From positions 22,940,001-23,004,000 of the forward strand of contig JBHGNT010000001.1 in assembly GCA_043228905.1 (NCBI GenBank): a DNA stretch of 64,000 nucleotides, written 5' to 3'. The translations under genes and the position numbers were made by a program. This DNA comes from Azolla caroliniana. Taxonomy: Eukaryota; Plantae; Polypodiophyta. Positions within the stretch are counted from its first letter, which is position 1; each line of letters begins with the position of its first letter. The notes below the pieces were generated by a model. It was given only the letters and a program-made list of their open reading frames with translations. It did not search any database and had not been told where the DNA came from. Shown here piece by piece: positions 36,270 through 50,300 of this stretch.

Positions 36270-37953
36270 CCTCACATCTTACAGAGCCAGAGATCACGTT
36301 TGCATAAGGATGGGGAATAAAGGAACATGTTGAATTGTCGACATAGGAGACGCATGGTTGACGACGTCAACCGGGTGCAAGTTGCTACTGAAAGATGTCT
36401 GACATGTTCCAGAGGTTCGGTTGAACCTGATATCAGCCGGTCGGCTGGATAATGAAGGCTACACGGGTAGCATCCGAAACGGAGTCATGAAGTTCAGCAA
36501 AGGGAGCTTGATCATGGCCGAAGCCCAAAAGATCAACATGTTGTACCTTATGCATGCCCGGATTTGCTAGGAAGAAGTGAACATGGTATATGACACTACC
36601 GATAAGTTGTGGCACAGGAGACTATGCCACATGAGCCAGAAAGGGATGCGAAGACTTGCCGAAGATAACCTCATTCCGGAGGTGAAAGATGTGCAACTTG
36701 AGAAGTGCACCGACTATTTGGCCGGTAAGCAAAACGAAACCTCTTTCCGAACCCGACCACCAACAAGTCAGAAAGAACTGTTGGAACCGGTGCATACCGA
36801 TGTATGCTAGGTGGACACGAAGTCACATGTTGGGTCGTAGTACTTCGTGACATTCATAGATGACTACAACCGGAAGTTGTGGGTCTCACCGCTGAAGACG
36901 AAGGATTAGGTACTGACCGTCTTCAAGGAGTTCCACGCGAGAGTGGAAAGAGAAACCAGTTGAAAGCTTAAGGTAGTTTGAACCGACAACGGTGGAGAGT
37001 ACCAGGGGCAATTCGAGGAATACGGTCAATTAGAAGGAATACGGCTTGAATTTATCATGCCCAAGACACCAGATCTAAACGGATTGGCCTAAAGGATGAA
37101 CTGGACCATGATGGAGAGAGTCCAGAGCATGCTACAACATGCTAAGTTGTCCAAGACATTTTGGGCTAAGGGCGCTGATGATGGCGACCTATGAGATAAA
37201 TAAATCACCCTTAGCACCCTTGGATGGAAGCACACCATAGAGAGTATGGATTGATAAAGATGTGTCTTATCGGCATCTGAAGGTGTTCGGCTGTCTCGCC
37301 TACATGCGTGTAGCAAAGGACAAGAGAGAGAAATTGAACCCGAAGTCCTAGCCCTGCATATTCCTTGGATACGGCGATGATGAGTTTGGCTACCAAGTGT
37401 TGGACTTGGTCGACAAGAAGGTTTTCCAAAGTTGAGACATAGTCTTCATGGAAGACAAGACCATTGCCGACTGGGATTTGGAGAAGAAGAAAATGAATTC
37501 CGGATCGAGCAATAGAGATCGGTTGAAATATATAAGGGCTCTTCCGGCCGGAAGCCAGATGACACTCGATGAATCGGCTGGTTCCGGACATGGAACCAAA
37601 CCGACCGAAGAAGAAGAATCGGACACCGGAACCGGAACCAAACAAGACCTCGAATCGGATTCAGATGAAGAACAAACAGAGGAACTGGTGGTCGAAAACC
37701 AGGGACGGAGATATCCTCTAAGGGAGAGAAGAGCCCCCTAGAGATTTTCGGATGCAGTGCATGTGTTGCTAACCGATGAGGGGGAGCTAGAAAGCCTTGA
37801 AGAAGCAATGAGAGACATCCATAACCATAGGTGGTTGAGTGCCATGCAGGATGAAATGGATTCCCTCCATAAGAACCACACATAAGAATTGACAGAGTTG
37901 CCAAAAGGAAAGAGAGCACTTTGGAATAAGTGGGTGTACAAGTTAAAACCGAG

Positions 37954-38483
37954 TGTTGTTCGCCGGAAGCAGACTAGTGGGAAAAAAAGTAAAGAAAAGA
38001 ACAAGAAGCATATTATTATAGTAGGAGCATTAAAAGAACGCATGCAACGGATCACATAGGAAGCGTAACCGACTATGCCTTGAGTATATAAAGGGCATAG
38101 GAACATTGTACAAGCTAGCGTAGTTTTGAGCATATGTTCTCTAATATAGTTACTGTCTTCTCTAATCTCTGTCTCTGTGTCAATACATAGCGCAATTGTC
38201 TAAAGGTTAAGTAGTGTGTTTGTGCTCGTATACGCACGGTAGGAAGGAGCTCTAGGAAATTAATGTCTCATTTCTTCATAAACTAAATAGTCATTTGGGT
38301 GAAATTGAACAACATATCGCAGTTACTAGCTCAGTTGTAGTCGTCTTCAGTCACGCTCCGCCTTCACGAACAGTAAGTGATGCTCTATCCTTTATAGTTG
38401 CGCACAATACAAGCATCCATTCTCTGTACCACAATCACCTTGAACCTACCCCGAAGGACTAAGGGTAGGTTGTGTTCCTAACC
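37954..38483 (+). mobile_element. Probable LTR remnant between the truncated copia and the plastid insertion
   Basis: Starts TGTTG, has a TATATAAA at about 38086 and ends ...gttcctaacc(a), resembling the LTR end at 14611. No TSD. Confidence 0.4.
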
Positions 38484-39838
<1,355 letters not shown>

Positions 39839-40191
39839 TACTCCATAGAAGTAAAAAATAAAACCAATTGAAACTTTTTATCTTACGATTCATGACACTA
39901 ATTATCAAAAACTTCGTATTGGGCTAGCTTACCCTGAACAAATTCGTAGTTGGGCCGAAAGAAGGTTACCTAATGGAGAGACCGTTGGTCAAGTTGATTA
40001 ACCTTATACATTACATCATAAGACCCATAAGCCAGAGCAAGATGGTTTATTTTGTTAGAGAATTTTTGGGCCAATAAAAAGTGGAGTTTGTGCCTGCGGA
40101 AACTATCGATCTGTCGAGATTGAGGAGTCTTCCAATGTTTGTAAGCATTGCGGGGTTGAATTCATTGACTCTCAGGTTTGAAGATACCGAA

Positions 40192-40695
40192 TGGAATATT
40201 GCTCGGCCACAACCTAGTCTGTCGTGTATCACTTGTCAATGAGAATCAAACACAAAAATGGGGTTGGAGATTGGTACGCATACACACACGAACAATACAG
40301 AGTACACAAGATGTTTACGTGGAAAACCCTAATAGGGAAAAACCACGGGATCCCACAGGCTCCAAACTATCACTATATAAGAAAGGTACAATCAGAGACT
40401 CAAAGGCAACGACCTTGTGCTCTGTATCTTCGCCAAGCGGCGGTTACAACAGAGTATCGTTCTGTATCTCCTCTTTCTCTATACAACAGTTATGCACATG
40501 CAACAATATGACAACAATGTTACAAAGTGATTGCCCTAAGTCATATTTATACTTATATGAACTTAGGGCTATTTACAAATATAGCCTCAATAGGCTTACT
40601 CAAAACATATTTACAAATATGTCTTCTCTTCCGGTTCTCACCGGGTCCTCTTCATCCATAACCTGATCCCATTCGGAGGGACCGATTTCCCAACA
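40192..40695 (-). mobile_element. Solo copia LTR inserted in rpoC1 exon 1 of the NUPT
   Basis: The reverse complement aligns end to end with the LTR at 2269-2809. rpoC1 codons resume on both sides. Confidence 0.88.
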
Positions 40696-41801
40696 CAAAT
40701 TAGAATGCCCGATAACTCACGTATGGTTCCCAAAGCGAGTCCCTAGTTACATAGCAAATCTACTTGCTAAGCCTCTCAAGGAATCATAAAGCCCAGTGTA
40801 TTGCGATGCAGGACTCGATCGTATATTTCGATCACCACAGACTAAACCCAGCTTGTCATCTCATTCGATGATGAGATGCCTCCACTTCCGACATATTTCT
40901 CACAATCGAGGAGAATTTTGTAACTCGGGATTAAAAGTACTATGTACATGCTGAGGGTTCTCTTCCAGGATTAATCAATTAATCCTTCAATCAAGCTTCG
41001 TAAAGACGAGTCGAATCTGACAATCTTGATTGGGTGATCAAAGACCGATTCAAATCCTTTTTATTTTTGAGGTTTCTTTTTATTAAAGCTCCTTTAATGA
41101 ATAGATATGGTTATAGAGATCCAATCATCGCAGAGGTTTCTCAAACAAATTGGTAACCATCAAGGTGGAGTGGAAATCCAAAGAAGCGTAATAATCGTAT
41201 TAGGGACAAGAAAAAACTCTCCAATCCATGATCGAACCGAAGAGAGTGAGGGGAACCAACCTCCCTTCGAGGGGTGTAAATGGCACGTGCAAAGGGATTC
41301 AAAACTACTCAAGAAAGGCTTGTTGAAGCTTGAGTAACGAATAGCTATTTCTACATGCATTGATGAATTAATGGGGTGGGAGCACTATGTCGTCCCAAGA
41401 ACCCATCACACTGTCAAACAAAATTTTAAATTACCCTCAAACAAATTTTTGTGTTTAGATAAAGCTATTTTCAGAGCTGGATGAGGGGAAACACTCATGT
41501 CTGATTCCAAGGGGGGGATCTTTTTTTACCTATCCCAATCTTTTTCTTGCTAGGCCTGTGGCTGAAAGACCGACCTCATCAAGATTGCAAGGCTTGTTCA
41601 ATTATGAGAATCGATCCTGGAAGAACATTCTTCCTACTTATTTCTCCACTCGGAATTTCGAGATCCTTCAAAGAAAGGAAATAGCTACTAGGGGGGATGC
41701 TATCAAAAAAAGCTTAGCTAGTTTAGATATGAGAAGTGTTATGGATCATGCAATATTCGGAGGGACAAGCATCGACGAGGCAAAGATCTGTAAGACGTGA
41801 G

Positions 41802-42624
41802 CATGGTTGTTTACATACCCGTATTTAACGTTTAAATACGTATAATACCTCATAATTTGTATAGTACATACTATACCTCAATGTTGGTCAGTCAAATATC
41901 ATGTACATTTTTCCGATACGATATTTAATGTACATTTGAAAAAATAGGTATAATACGTATTTATAAAAAAATGTAAGTAAAACCCCATCAAAAAGCAAAA
42001 GAAAAAAAATAGTGAAAAAGAAGCAAAAAGAAGGAAGAAAGAAGAACATAAGAGATGATGAAGAAGAAGAAGAAGAAAAAGAGAGAAAAGAAGACCGAAA
42101 CCTGTCCCGACTCTAAGTGTGATGATCACAGAAGATAGAAGAAGAAGATGATGAAGAAGAAGAGAGAAAAGAAGACAGAAACGTATAGTGAGTGTGATAA
42201 TCGTAGACGATTCCTAAATTTATGAGGGCATAATCGTAAATAATTACAATTTGAAGTAGAACATCGTGATACACACACTAATTTATAGAATAAGTGAATG
42301 TCGAGATCCATATTAATAAGTATTTTAGGATGTGAAATGTTCAAATGTCTTATATGCATTTTGGGATGTAGAACTATAATGTACATCACAAATTTGTGTA
42401 AACATAGATGCTTTTTACAATATTACACATATTTTTTAGAAAGGTAAGTAATTTTCAAATTCTAGAAGTTTTTAACGTACTATATGTAAAATACGTATTT
42501 TACGTATTTTATAAGTATTTAACATCTTTTAAAACTTATTTAACGTATTTTTAAATTGGGAGGTACTATACGCGTATTAATACGTATGGTATCCATACTG
42601 TATCTAACGTACCTAACAACCTTG
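41802..42624. mobile_element. Non-autonomous hAT-type element (823 bp) inserted in rpoC1 exon 2 of the NUPT
   Basis: 8-bp TSD gacgtgag at 41794-41801 and 42625-42632. TIRs CATGGTTGTT / AACAACCTTG. Subterminal tacgta repeats. Confidence 0.88.
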
Positions 42625-44087
42625 GACGTGAGTGGGAAGACCGAACAGTTCAACGAAGAAAGGACCTTTTGGTCAGACGGATGAAACTAGCTAAAGATTT
42701 TCTTCAAACAAACTTGAAGCCAGAATGGATGGTTCTGGATCTATTACTAGTACTTCCTCTTGGGTTAAGGCCAATAGTTGAACTATATGAAGGCGAGTCG
42801 ATTACCTCGGATCTTATGAGCTTCATAGAAAGATAATTCATTGAAATAATACTCTTATAGATTGTCTATCAGGCAGTGAATTTACACCAGAAGGATTGAT
42901 TGTTTGTCAAAAAAGGCTTGTTCAAGAAGCCGTGGATGCCCTTATAGATAATGGTATACGTGGACAACCAATGAGGGATATCAATAATAGGCCTTACAAA
43001 TCTTTTTCGGAGCTTATTAAGGGTAAAGAAGGACGATTCCGTGAGGTTGATTACTTAGGTCGTTTAGTTATCATGGTAGGTCCGTCTCTCTCGTTACATT
43101 AATGCAGATTACCCCGAGATTTGGCAATCGAGCTTTTCCAAGCCTTCGTTGCTCGTAATCTGATTGGACGACATCTTGCTCGTAATCTACGGGCTGCCAG
43201 GAGTATGATTAGAAAGCGGGATCCTTTTATATGGAAAGTTCTTCGAGAAGTTATGAAAAGTCATCCTGTATCGTTGAATCGAGCACCCACACCACACAGA
43301 TTAGGTATACAAGCATTTCAATCCATTCTGATAGAAGGACACACCATTCGTTTGCATCCATTGGTTTGTGGGGGGTTTAATGCAGATCTTGACAGAGATC
43401 AAATGGTTGTTCATGTGCCGTTATCTTTAGAGGCTCAAACTGAAGCTTGTTTTTTGACGTTCTCACACACAAATCTATTATCTCTTGCTACAAGAGATCT
43501 CGCATGTGTGCCAAGTCAAGACATGCTTCTCGGTCTTTATATACTAACGATTGAAAATAAACAAGGTATTTACGAAGATAGATACCCTATCTCCAGAAAG
43601 GGAAGTAACCTTTCTTTCCCCAAAATATCTTACTTCACCAATTATTATGAAGTACTTAGGGCCAAAGATTTAAAACAGATTGATTTATGTAGTTATTTGT
43701 GGCTTCGATGGCAGATTGATTTGCAATTGATCGGTTCAAAAATGCATGATTTACCTGTTGAATCGCAATATGAAGCCTCAAGAACCTCTTTGCATTCCTA
43801 CGATAATCATCAAATAAGAAAATCTAGAGAAGGGTATATCCTTGGTATGTATATACTAACAACAACTGGTCGTATCTCATTCAATCAAAATGAGTTTCTT
43901 TTCCCCATCAAACTTTGTCTGCACCAGATAAAATAACATAGAATAGAACTTTTTTTTTTGTAGTAACGAAGGGTAAGGAAGCCCTTACTCTTCTTATTAT
44001 CAATCAATGAATGATTCGATTCTCAGTCTGTTGGTTAATAATCAGTAAGGAGTAGGAGAAGAAGAAAATAAAGTCCAGGTTTTTATC

Positions 44088-44274
<187 letters not shown>

Positions 44275-44359
44275 TTGAATGAGAGATAGGGTATAAACAA
44301 CGAAACAAAATTGATCCAATTTAGTCCTCATTCTTTTTTGGCCCATATTCGAAGTTTCG

Positions 44360-47300
44360 TGATAACGAAGTTTGAGTATGGGTCACACCTTCCACTACAC
44401 AGATTCACTCTTGATTCTTTACATGGTATCAGAGTGATTGGTAGCTTGATCCAAGCCCATCATATTCTCGTGTGTTGTGTCTAAGCCTATGTTTACAATG
44501 TAGCAGCAACCAGCACAGTTCATATCACAAAGAAGAAGAAGATTCAACTTGAATACTTAGATGGGAAGCACTCTTCCCGCCGAGAAACTCGACAGAAACA
44601 ATTTTGCATCTTGGGAATACAAGACGCATCAATACCTTGTCAATCAAGGCTATTGGAGTTATGTCGAAGGAGCACAAGAAACGCAAACCAACCCAACACA
44701 TGCCGACTACCCAGCTTGGTTTCAAGCGGCGAGTCGTGTGTTGTGCTGCCTTGCATCAAGCATACATGATCACATGGTTGGCTACATCTGAGAGGCCAAA
44801 ACGCCGAAGTAGGAGTGGGGGAATCTCAAAAAGATATTCATGGCCAACATGACCGCAAGAAAGCTTCAACTCCATAATGAGTTGAACAGCATAAAATAGA
44901 GGTGTCATGATATGGCAAGATTCAAACCCATGACCTTATGTTACATGGGTCAAGCCCTTGCCCTTAGACTATACATTGTAATCCAAAGTATATTATTTTC
45001 ATTTATTATTTCACAATAGAAAATTGATGTATATTCAAGATTTCTCTGGAACATTCTAGAAACTTCAGGAGTACTCCTGAAAACACTATATAAGGACGCA
45101 CAAGGCATTATTTCGAACCAAATCGGTTCAACACCAGTCTTAAGCCTCATAGCTACTACTGTATATTCTTTTCACATAATATATATCTTTTGTTATCGTC
45201 ATTCTATATATATATATATCTTGATATCTCTCTCTCTCTCCCTCCCTCCCTCTCTCTCTCACTCTTTCCTTCTCTAGAGAGTTCTACACCTCTCTTAGTA
45301 CTAATCCTCATCTTTTAGTACTAATTACTTCTATGTCTTAGTACTGTTCTTAAAAGTTTGAACCGATTTTGGGTCTCCTTCTTCCTCTTCCTTTTATCTT
45401 CTTACTTCTCCCTCCCTTCATACTAATCTCTTATTCCTCTTTTCTCTCATACTATGGCCATTGTTAGTGCTCAAGAATATCAATCCGTTTTCTCGGAGTT
45501 GCAATGCTTGAAAGAGAAGTTTCTCGCATTGGAACAAGAAAATCAACAACAGTTGGGGGATCTTCAACAAAACTCCTTAGAGAAGCAGTTGATGCAACAA
45601 CAACATGGGGAACTAGTGTTACGGGTGCAATAGCTCGAAGTGACCATTGTAGTGTTGCAACAACAAGGACCAAGTACGCAAGGGATTCATAAAGAACCCA
45701 AGATCGGCCTTCCTATGAAATTCGATGGAACGCGATCACAGTTTAGAGGATTCCTTAATCATGTACGATTAGACATTCAAATGTATCCTTCCCGATATCC
45801 TACCAATGCATCACGAGTGGGTCTAGTAGGCATGTTGTTAAGTGGCTCAACTTTGGCATGGTTTGCTCCGTTGTTAGAAAAGGAATCTCCATTACTAAAC
45901 AATTTTGAAGAGTTTATAAGTGAGTTTAAAGCCCGTTTTGGAGATACTGATAGCATAAGGACAACAATCAACAAAATCCGACGATTACGTCAAGGTGACC
46001 GTCCAGCCTCCGCATACGCTGCAAATTTCCTTCTACTCGCCTCTGATATCCCCTAGGATGACCAAGCATTAATGGAGCAATTTCGTTATGGCCTACGTAA
46101 CGATGTCAAGGATTTACTCTTGACCTTCCCCGAAGAACCAAAATCATTGACAGAAGCAATCAGTCGCGCAGTACAATGCGATAATTGCCTCTTCGAACGA
46201 CGTTCGGAACATCAATTTCAAATGTCGAGGGCAATATCGGAGCCCACCTACGCTTCAATTGTAGCAAAGCCTTTCCCAAGGGAGTCATTTAATACGTCTC
46301 CAACAAATACTCTGACTCCAATGGAAATCGACGCCACACGTCGTCGCGAACCACTATCGGAAGAAGAAAAATAGGGACGTCGAGCAAATCGATTATGTCT
46401 TTATTGCGGTGGACCGGGGCATATTGTAGTGAACTGTCCCCATCGACCAAGAAGGCAGGTAAATCAAATAACCGCTAGTACTAATAGTACCAAACCCGAC
46501 TCTATTTCTCTAGGTGTGTCTGACAGTCTTAATAGCCCAAGCCTTTCAAACAAATTTGAAATCCTTAGTCAACTAGAAGAAGAGTTAAACAATTAAGTCC
46601 AGCAAAAATACGAATCGTTTGGTTGGACAACCCTAGATCTATGCAGCCCATTAATGGTTCCATTTCCTCTAAGCAAGTTAGCAATGTGTTATTAGCTCAA
46701 GTAGTGGTTAGTATGAAAAGTACTCCTCCAGTACATGTCTTAGCACTCTTAGATTCCGGAGCCAACTCTTGTTTCATGGATAAGAATTTTGCCCAAGCTC
46801 ATCAGATATCCCTAAGAAAACTTTCTTGCCCAGCATCTATAGTAGTTATTGATGGTCATTCCATTGCTTCCGGAAAAATCGTAGAGGAGTCAAAGCCGAT
46901 TCAAGTTGTCCTAGATAACTTGGTGTGTGTAGTATCATTTAATATAATTAATGGTCCAGATCATCCAATTTTCTTGGGGTTACCATTGTTCGAATTACAT
47001 AACCCAGACATAGATTGGAGAACAAGAGAAATCTGTTATCGACAAATCCGAGGATCTACTCATAAGATTGCAACCATTTCGTTACATCACCTACGTGAGG
47101 AAGGACGCAAGGAAGCAATGTTTGTCTTCACGGTATCAATAAAACCTTCCAACACTACTAAAGAGGAATCCACAATTCAACTTCCAGAGAAGTATCGTCA
47201 GTATGCCGATGTGTTCGATAAAGTACAAGCCAATACACTTCCAGTCTCTAAGGGATTCAGTGCGATCTTAATAGTAGTAGATCGATATACAAAGATGGCC

Positions 47301-50300
47301 CATTTCCTGCCATGTATTAAGGAAATCACTAGTGAAGAAACCGTTGAAACTGCCATGCATGAGGTATGTCAACATCATGGCCTCCTCGACAGTATCATTA
47401 GTGACCGTGGACCCCAGTTCGTCTCGAAATTCTGGAAGCACCTCTTCAAAATGCTTAAGGTCACTTGTAACCTCTCCTCCAACTACCACCCGCAAACAGG
47501 CGGACAAGCAGAACGAACAAATCAAACGCTGGAATAGTATCTTTGGTGTTTTCTAAGCTATCATTAAGATGACTAGGCGGATATTCTCCATTTCGCCGAA
47601 TTTGCATATAATAACTTTGTCCACTCATCGACTAAGGTCACACCATTTTATGCTTATACGGGTTATCATCCCTCGTGGTGTGTTATCGAAACTCTAGAGT
47701 TACCCACAAATCCTTGTGCAGAGGATCATTTGGTGCGGCTCCACAAGATATAGGCGGATTTATCTACTCATTTACAACAAGCTCAACAAACACACAAGGA
47801 TTATGTGGATCGTCATCGACTTCCATCCAGTTTTAACATTGGAGATTGGGTATGGCTATTACGACGACACATCAAAACTACTCGCCCATGCGATAAATTG
47901 GATTATCGGCGATTGGGTCCTTTCTGTATTATCAGAAAAATTAATGATGTCGCTTTTCGTCTCGATCTACCTCCACAACTACGGATACATCCAGTATTTC
48001 ATAGTTCTTTTCGAGAACCCTATCAAGACAACACTATCCCAAGTCGTATCAAACCACCTCCACCCCCGATAGAACTTGAAGATGGACGAGGTTGCCGTCA
48101 TCCTCGATTCCAAGATTGTTTGCAACAAGCTCTACTATTTGGTCGATTGGCTAGGATATAGTCCCATCGAGCGTACTTGGGAACCAATAGAGAATGTGAC
48201 TAATGTTCATGCTCTTCTTGAAGACTTCCATCGTCAATATCCAGACAAAACAGGTCCTCAATCCAAAACGACTTGTAACACTCGTCGTTTTGAAGGGGGG
48301 ATAGTGTCATGATATGGCAAGATTCGAACTTATGACCTTATGTTACATGGGTCGAGGCTTTGCCATTAGATTATACATTGTAATACGAAGGATATTATTT
48401 TCATTTATTATTTCACTATAGAAAATTGATGTATATTCAAGATTTCTCTGGAACATTCTAGAAACTTCATGAGTACTCCTGAAAACACTATATGAGGCAC
48501 AAGGCAATATTTCGAACCAAATCGATTCAACGCCAGTCTTAAGCGTCCTATCTACTACTGTATATTCTCTTCACATAATATATATCTTTTGTTATCATCA
48601 TTCTCTCTCTCTCTCTCTCTCTCCCTCTCTCCCTCTCTCTCTCACTCTTTCCTTCTCTCGAGAGTTCTACACCTCTCTTAGTAATAATCCTTATCTTTTA
48701 GTACTAATTACTTCTCTGTCTTAGTACTGTTCCTGACAAGAGGGACATGTCAATCGGCAACTACACCTTAAAGATCAAGGATTTGTGCGATGCCCTCGGG
48801 TCAATCAACGTCAGCATCGACGATGATGAAATGGTACAGATATGCCTCAGTGGCTTAGCACCTTAGTTTGGCGCGATAAGGTCGGTCGTCCTCGCAAGGG
48901 AAAATCCTCCCTCCTTCTTTGATCTCTAGTCGATGTTGTTGGTCGAAGAAAATCCTGTTTGGACAAGAGGCAATGTGCAAGAAACACACATGCTCTATTT
49001 GAACTCGGATGGAGGAAGGGGAATAAATCGTGGAAGAAGAGGTTGATTCAGTCAAGGCCGCCACAACCAAGAACAACCCTGCAAACAAAACTTCTACTAC
49101 CGGCAAGACGTTTCAAACGTGCGAGGCAGAGTGTTTGAAAGAAGGGGGAGCAATCGTGCCGGACCCAGCAATCATACTGTGGTAAATTAGGCCACTACGA
49201 GGCAGAGTGCTGGAAGAAGAAGAGTGAGTCGGCCTTCACAAGCCGACAACTCACCAACTACACCTCCAACTCCAACTACAACGATCGTGGCGGAATGTTC
49301 ATGATGCGGCATAGAGCGAATTCGATGACAGCATCATGCCCGACAAGCACCTCCAACTCAGAAAATGTGTGGTTTGTCGATTCGGGTGCATCCAATCACA
49401 TGACGTCTCATGAGGATTGGTTTCAAGAATTGCGAAAACCTGAACAACCTAGCTATGTGGAAACTGGGGATGACACAATTCACCCCATTCAACATGTTTG
49501 TAATGTCCCATTCGACGAAGAGGGAAACAAGACCAACATTAAGAAAAATCTTGCATGTTCCAATGATAACGAAGAATCTGGTCTCAGTCGGCTAGATTGT
49601 GGAATAGGCCATGCAAGTTCGCTTCAATGACAACGGGTGCTTCATCGAAAAGGAAGGCTGAATTATCACTCGTTGTCGAAGAGAAGGCCGAATGTTCATT
49701 GTCAATTCTCACGAGATGAAATTGGCAATGTATGCCAACGGCCGTAAAGCTGACATTGCAATGAGTTGTGGCACAAACGAATTGGCCACATCAATCTCCA
49801 GAAGCTCAAAGGAATGCAGTCGAAAGGAGTCATCATCGAATTCCCAACCTTTACCGAGAAGGAGATTATGAGCATATGTGAAGCCTCCCAGTTTGGCAAA
49901 CAACATCATCAACCGTTCCCAAAAGAGAGGAACGTGAGCAAAGGGATCCTAGATGTACTACACTCAGATGTATGGGGACCTGCCCAAATGGCAACATTCG
50001 GTGGTTGCCGATACTATGTGACATTCATCGATGACTTCTCCAGGCACACCTGGATCTACCCTATGCGGCAAAAGAGCGAAGTGTTCGGACACTTTCAAAA
50101 ATTCAAAATCAAAGTCGAAAAGGCAACCGGTTGGCATGTCTGTTGCCTTCGATTTGACGGTGGCAAGGAGTATTTCTCCGATGCCTTCACAACATACCTT
50201 CGACAAGAAGGAATTCGGTGGGAGTTCACCTACCGACACACACCTCAACAAAATGGAGTAGTCAAACGAAAGAATCGGCATATACTCGAGGTGGCAAGGG

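Larger units (their letters stand above)
31922..37953 (+). mobile_element. Decayed, 3'-truncated Ty1/copia element (5' LTR 31922-32492, PBS, gag, protease, integrase, start of RT) with a nested chromovirus
   Basis: LTR TGTTG...CAACA and PBS tggtatcaaagc at 32496-32507. Gag LLSSLPDSWETL, CFYCGKPGHFQKNC, WVIDS and LWHRRLCHMS. Integrase and spacer closely resemble 1-860. Confidence 0.88.
39885..43890 (+). pseudogene. rpoC1: NUPT: rpoC1 with its group II intron (about 40810-41539), interrupted by a solo LTR and a hAT element
   Basis: [35 protein letters not shown] and intron domain V (gagctggatgaggggaaacactcatgtctgattc, about 41474-41507). Also [41 protein letters not shown] and PSQDMLLGLY. Confidence 0.94.
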
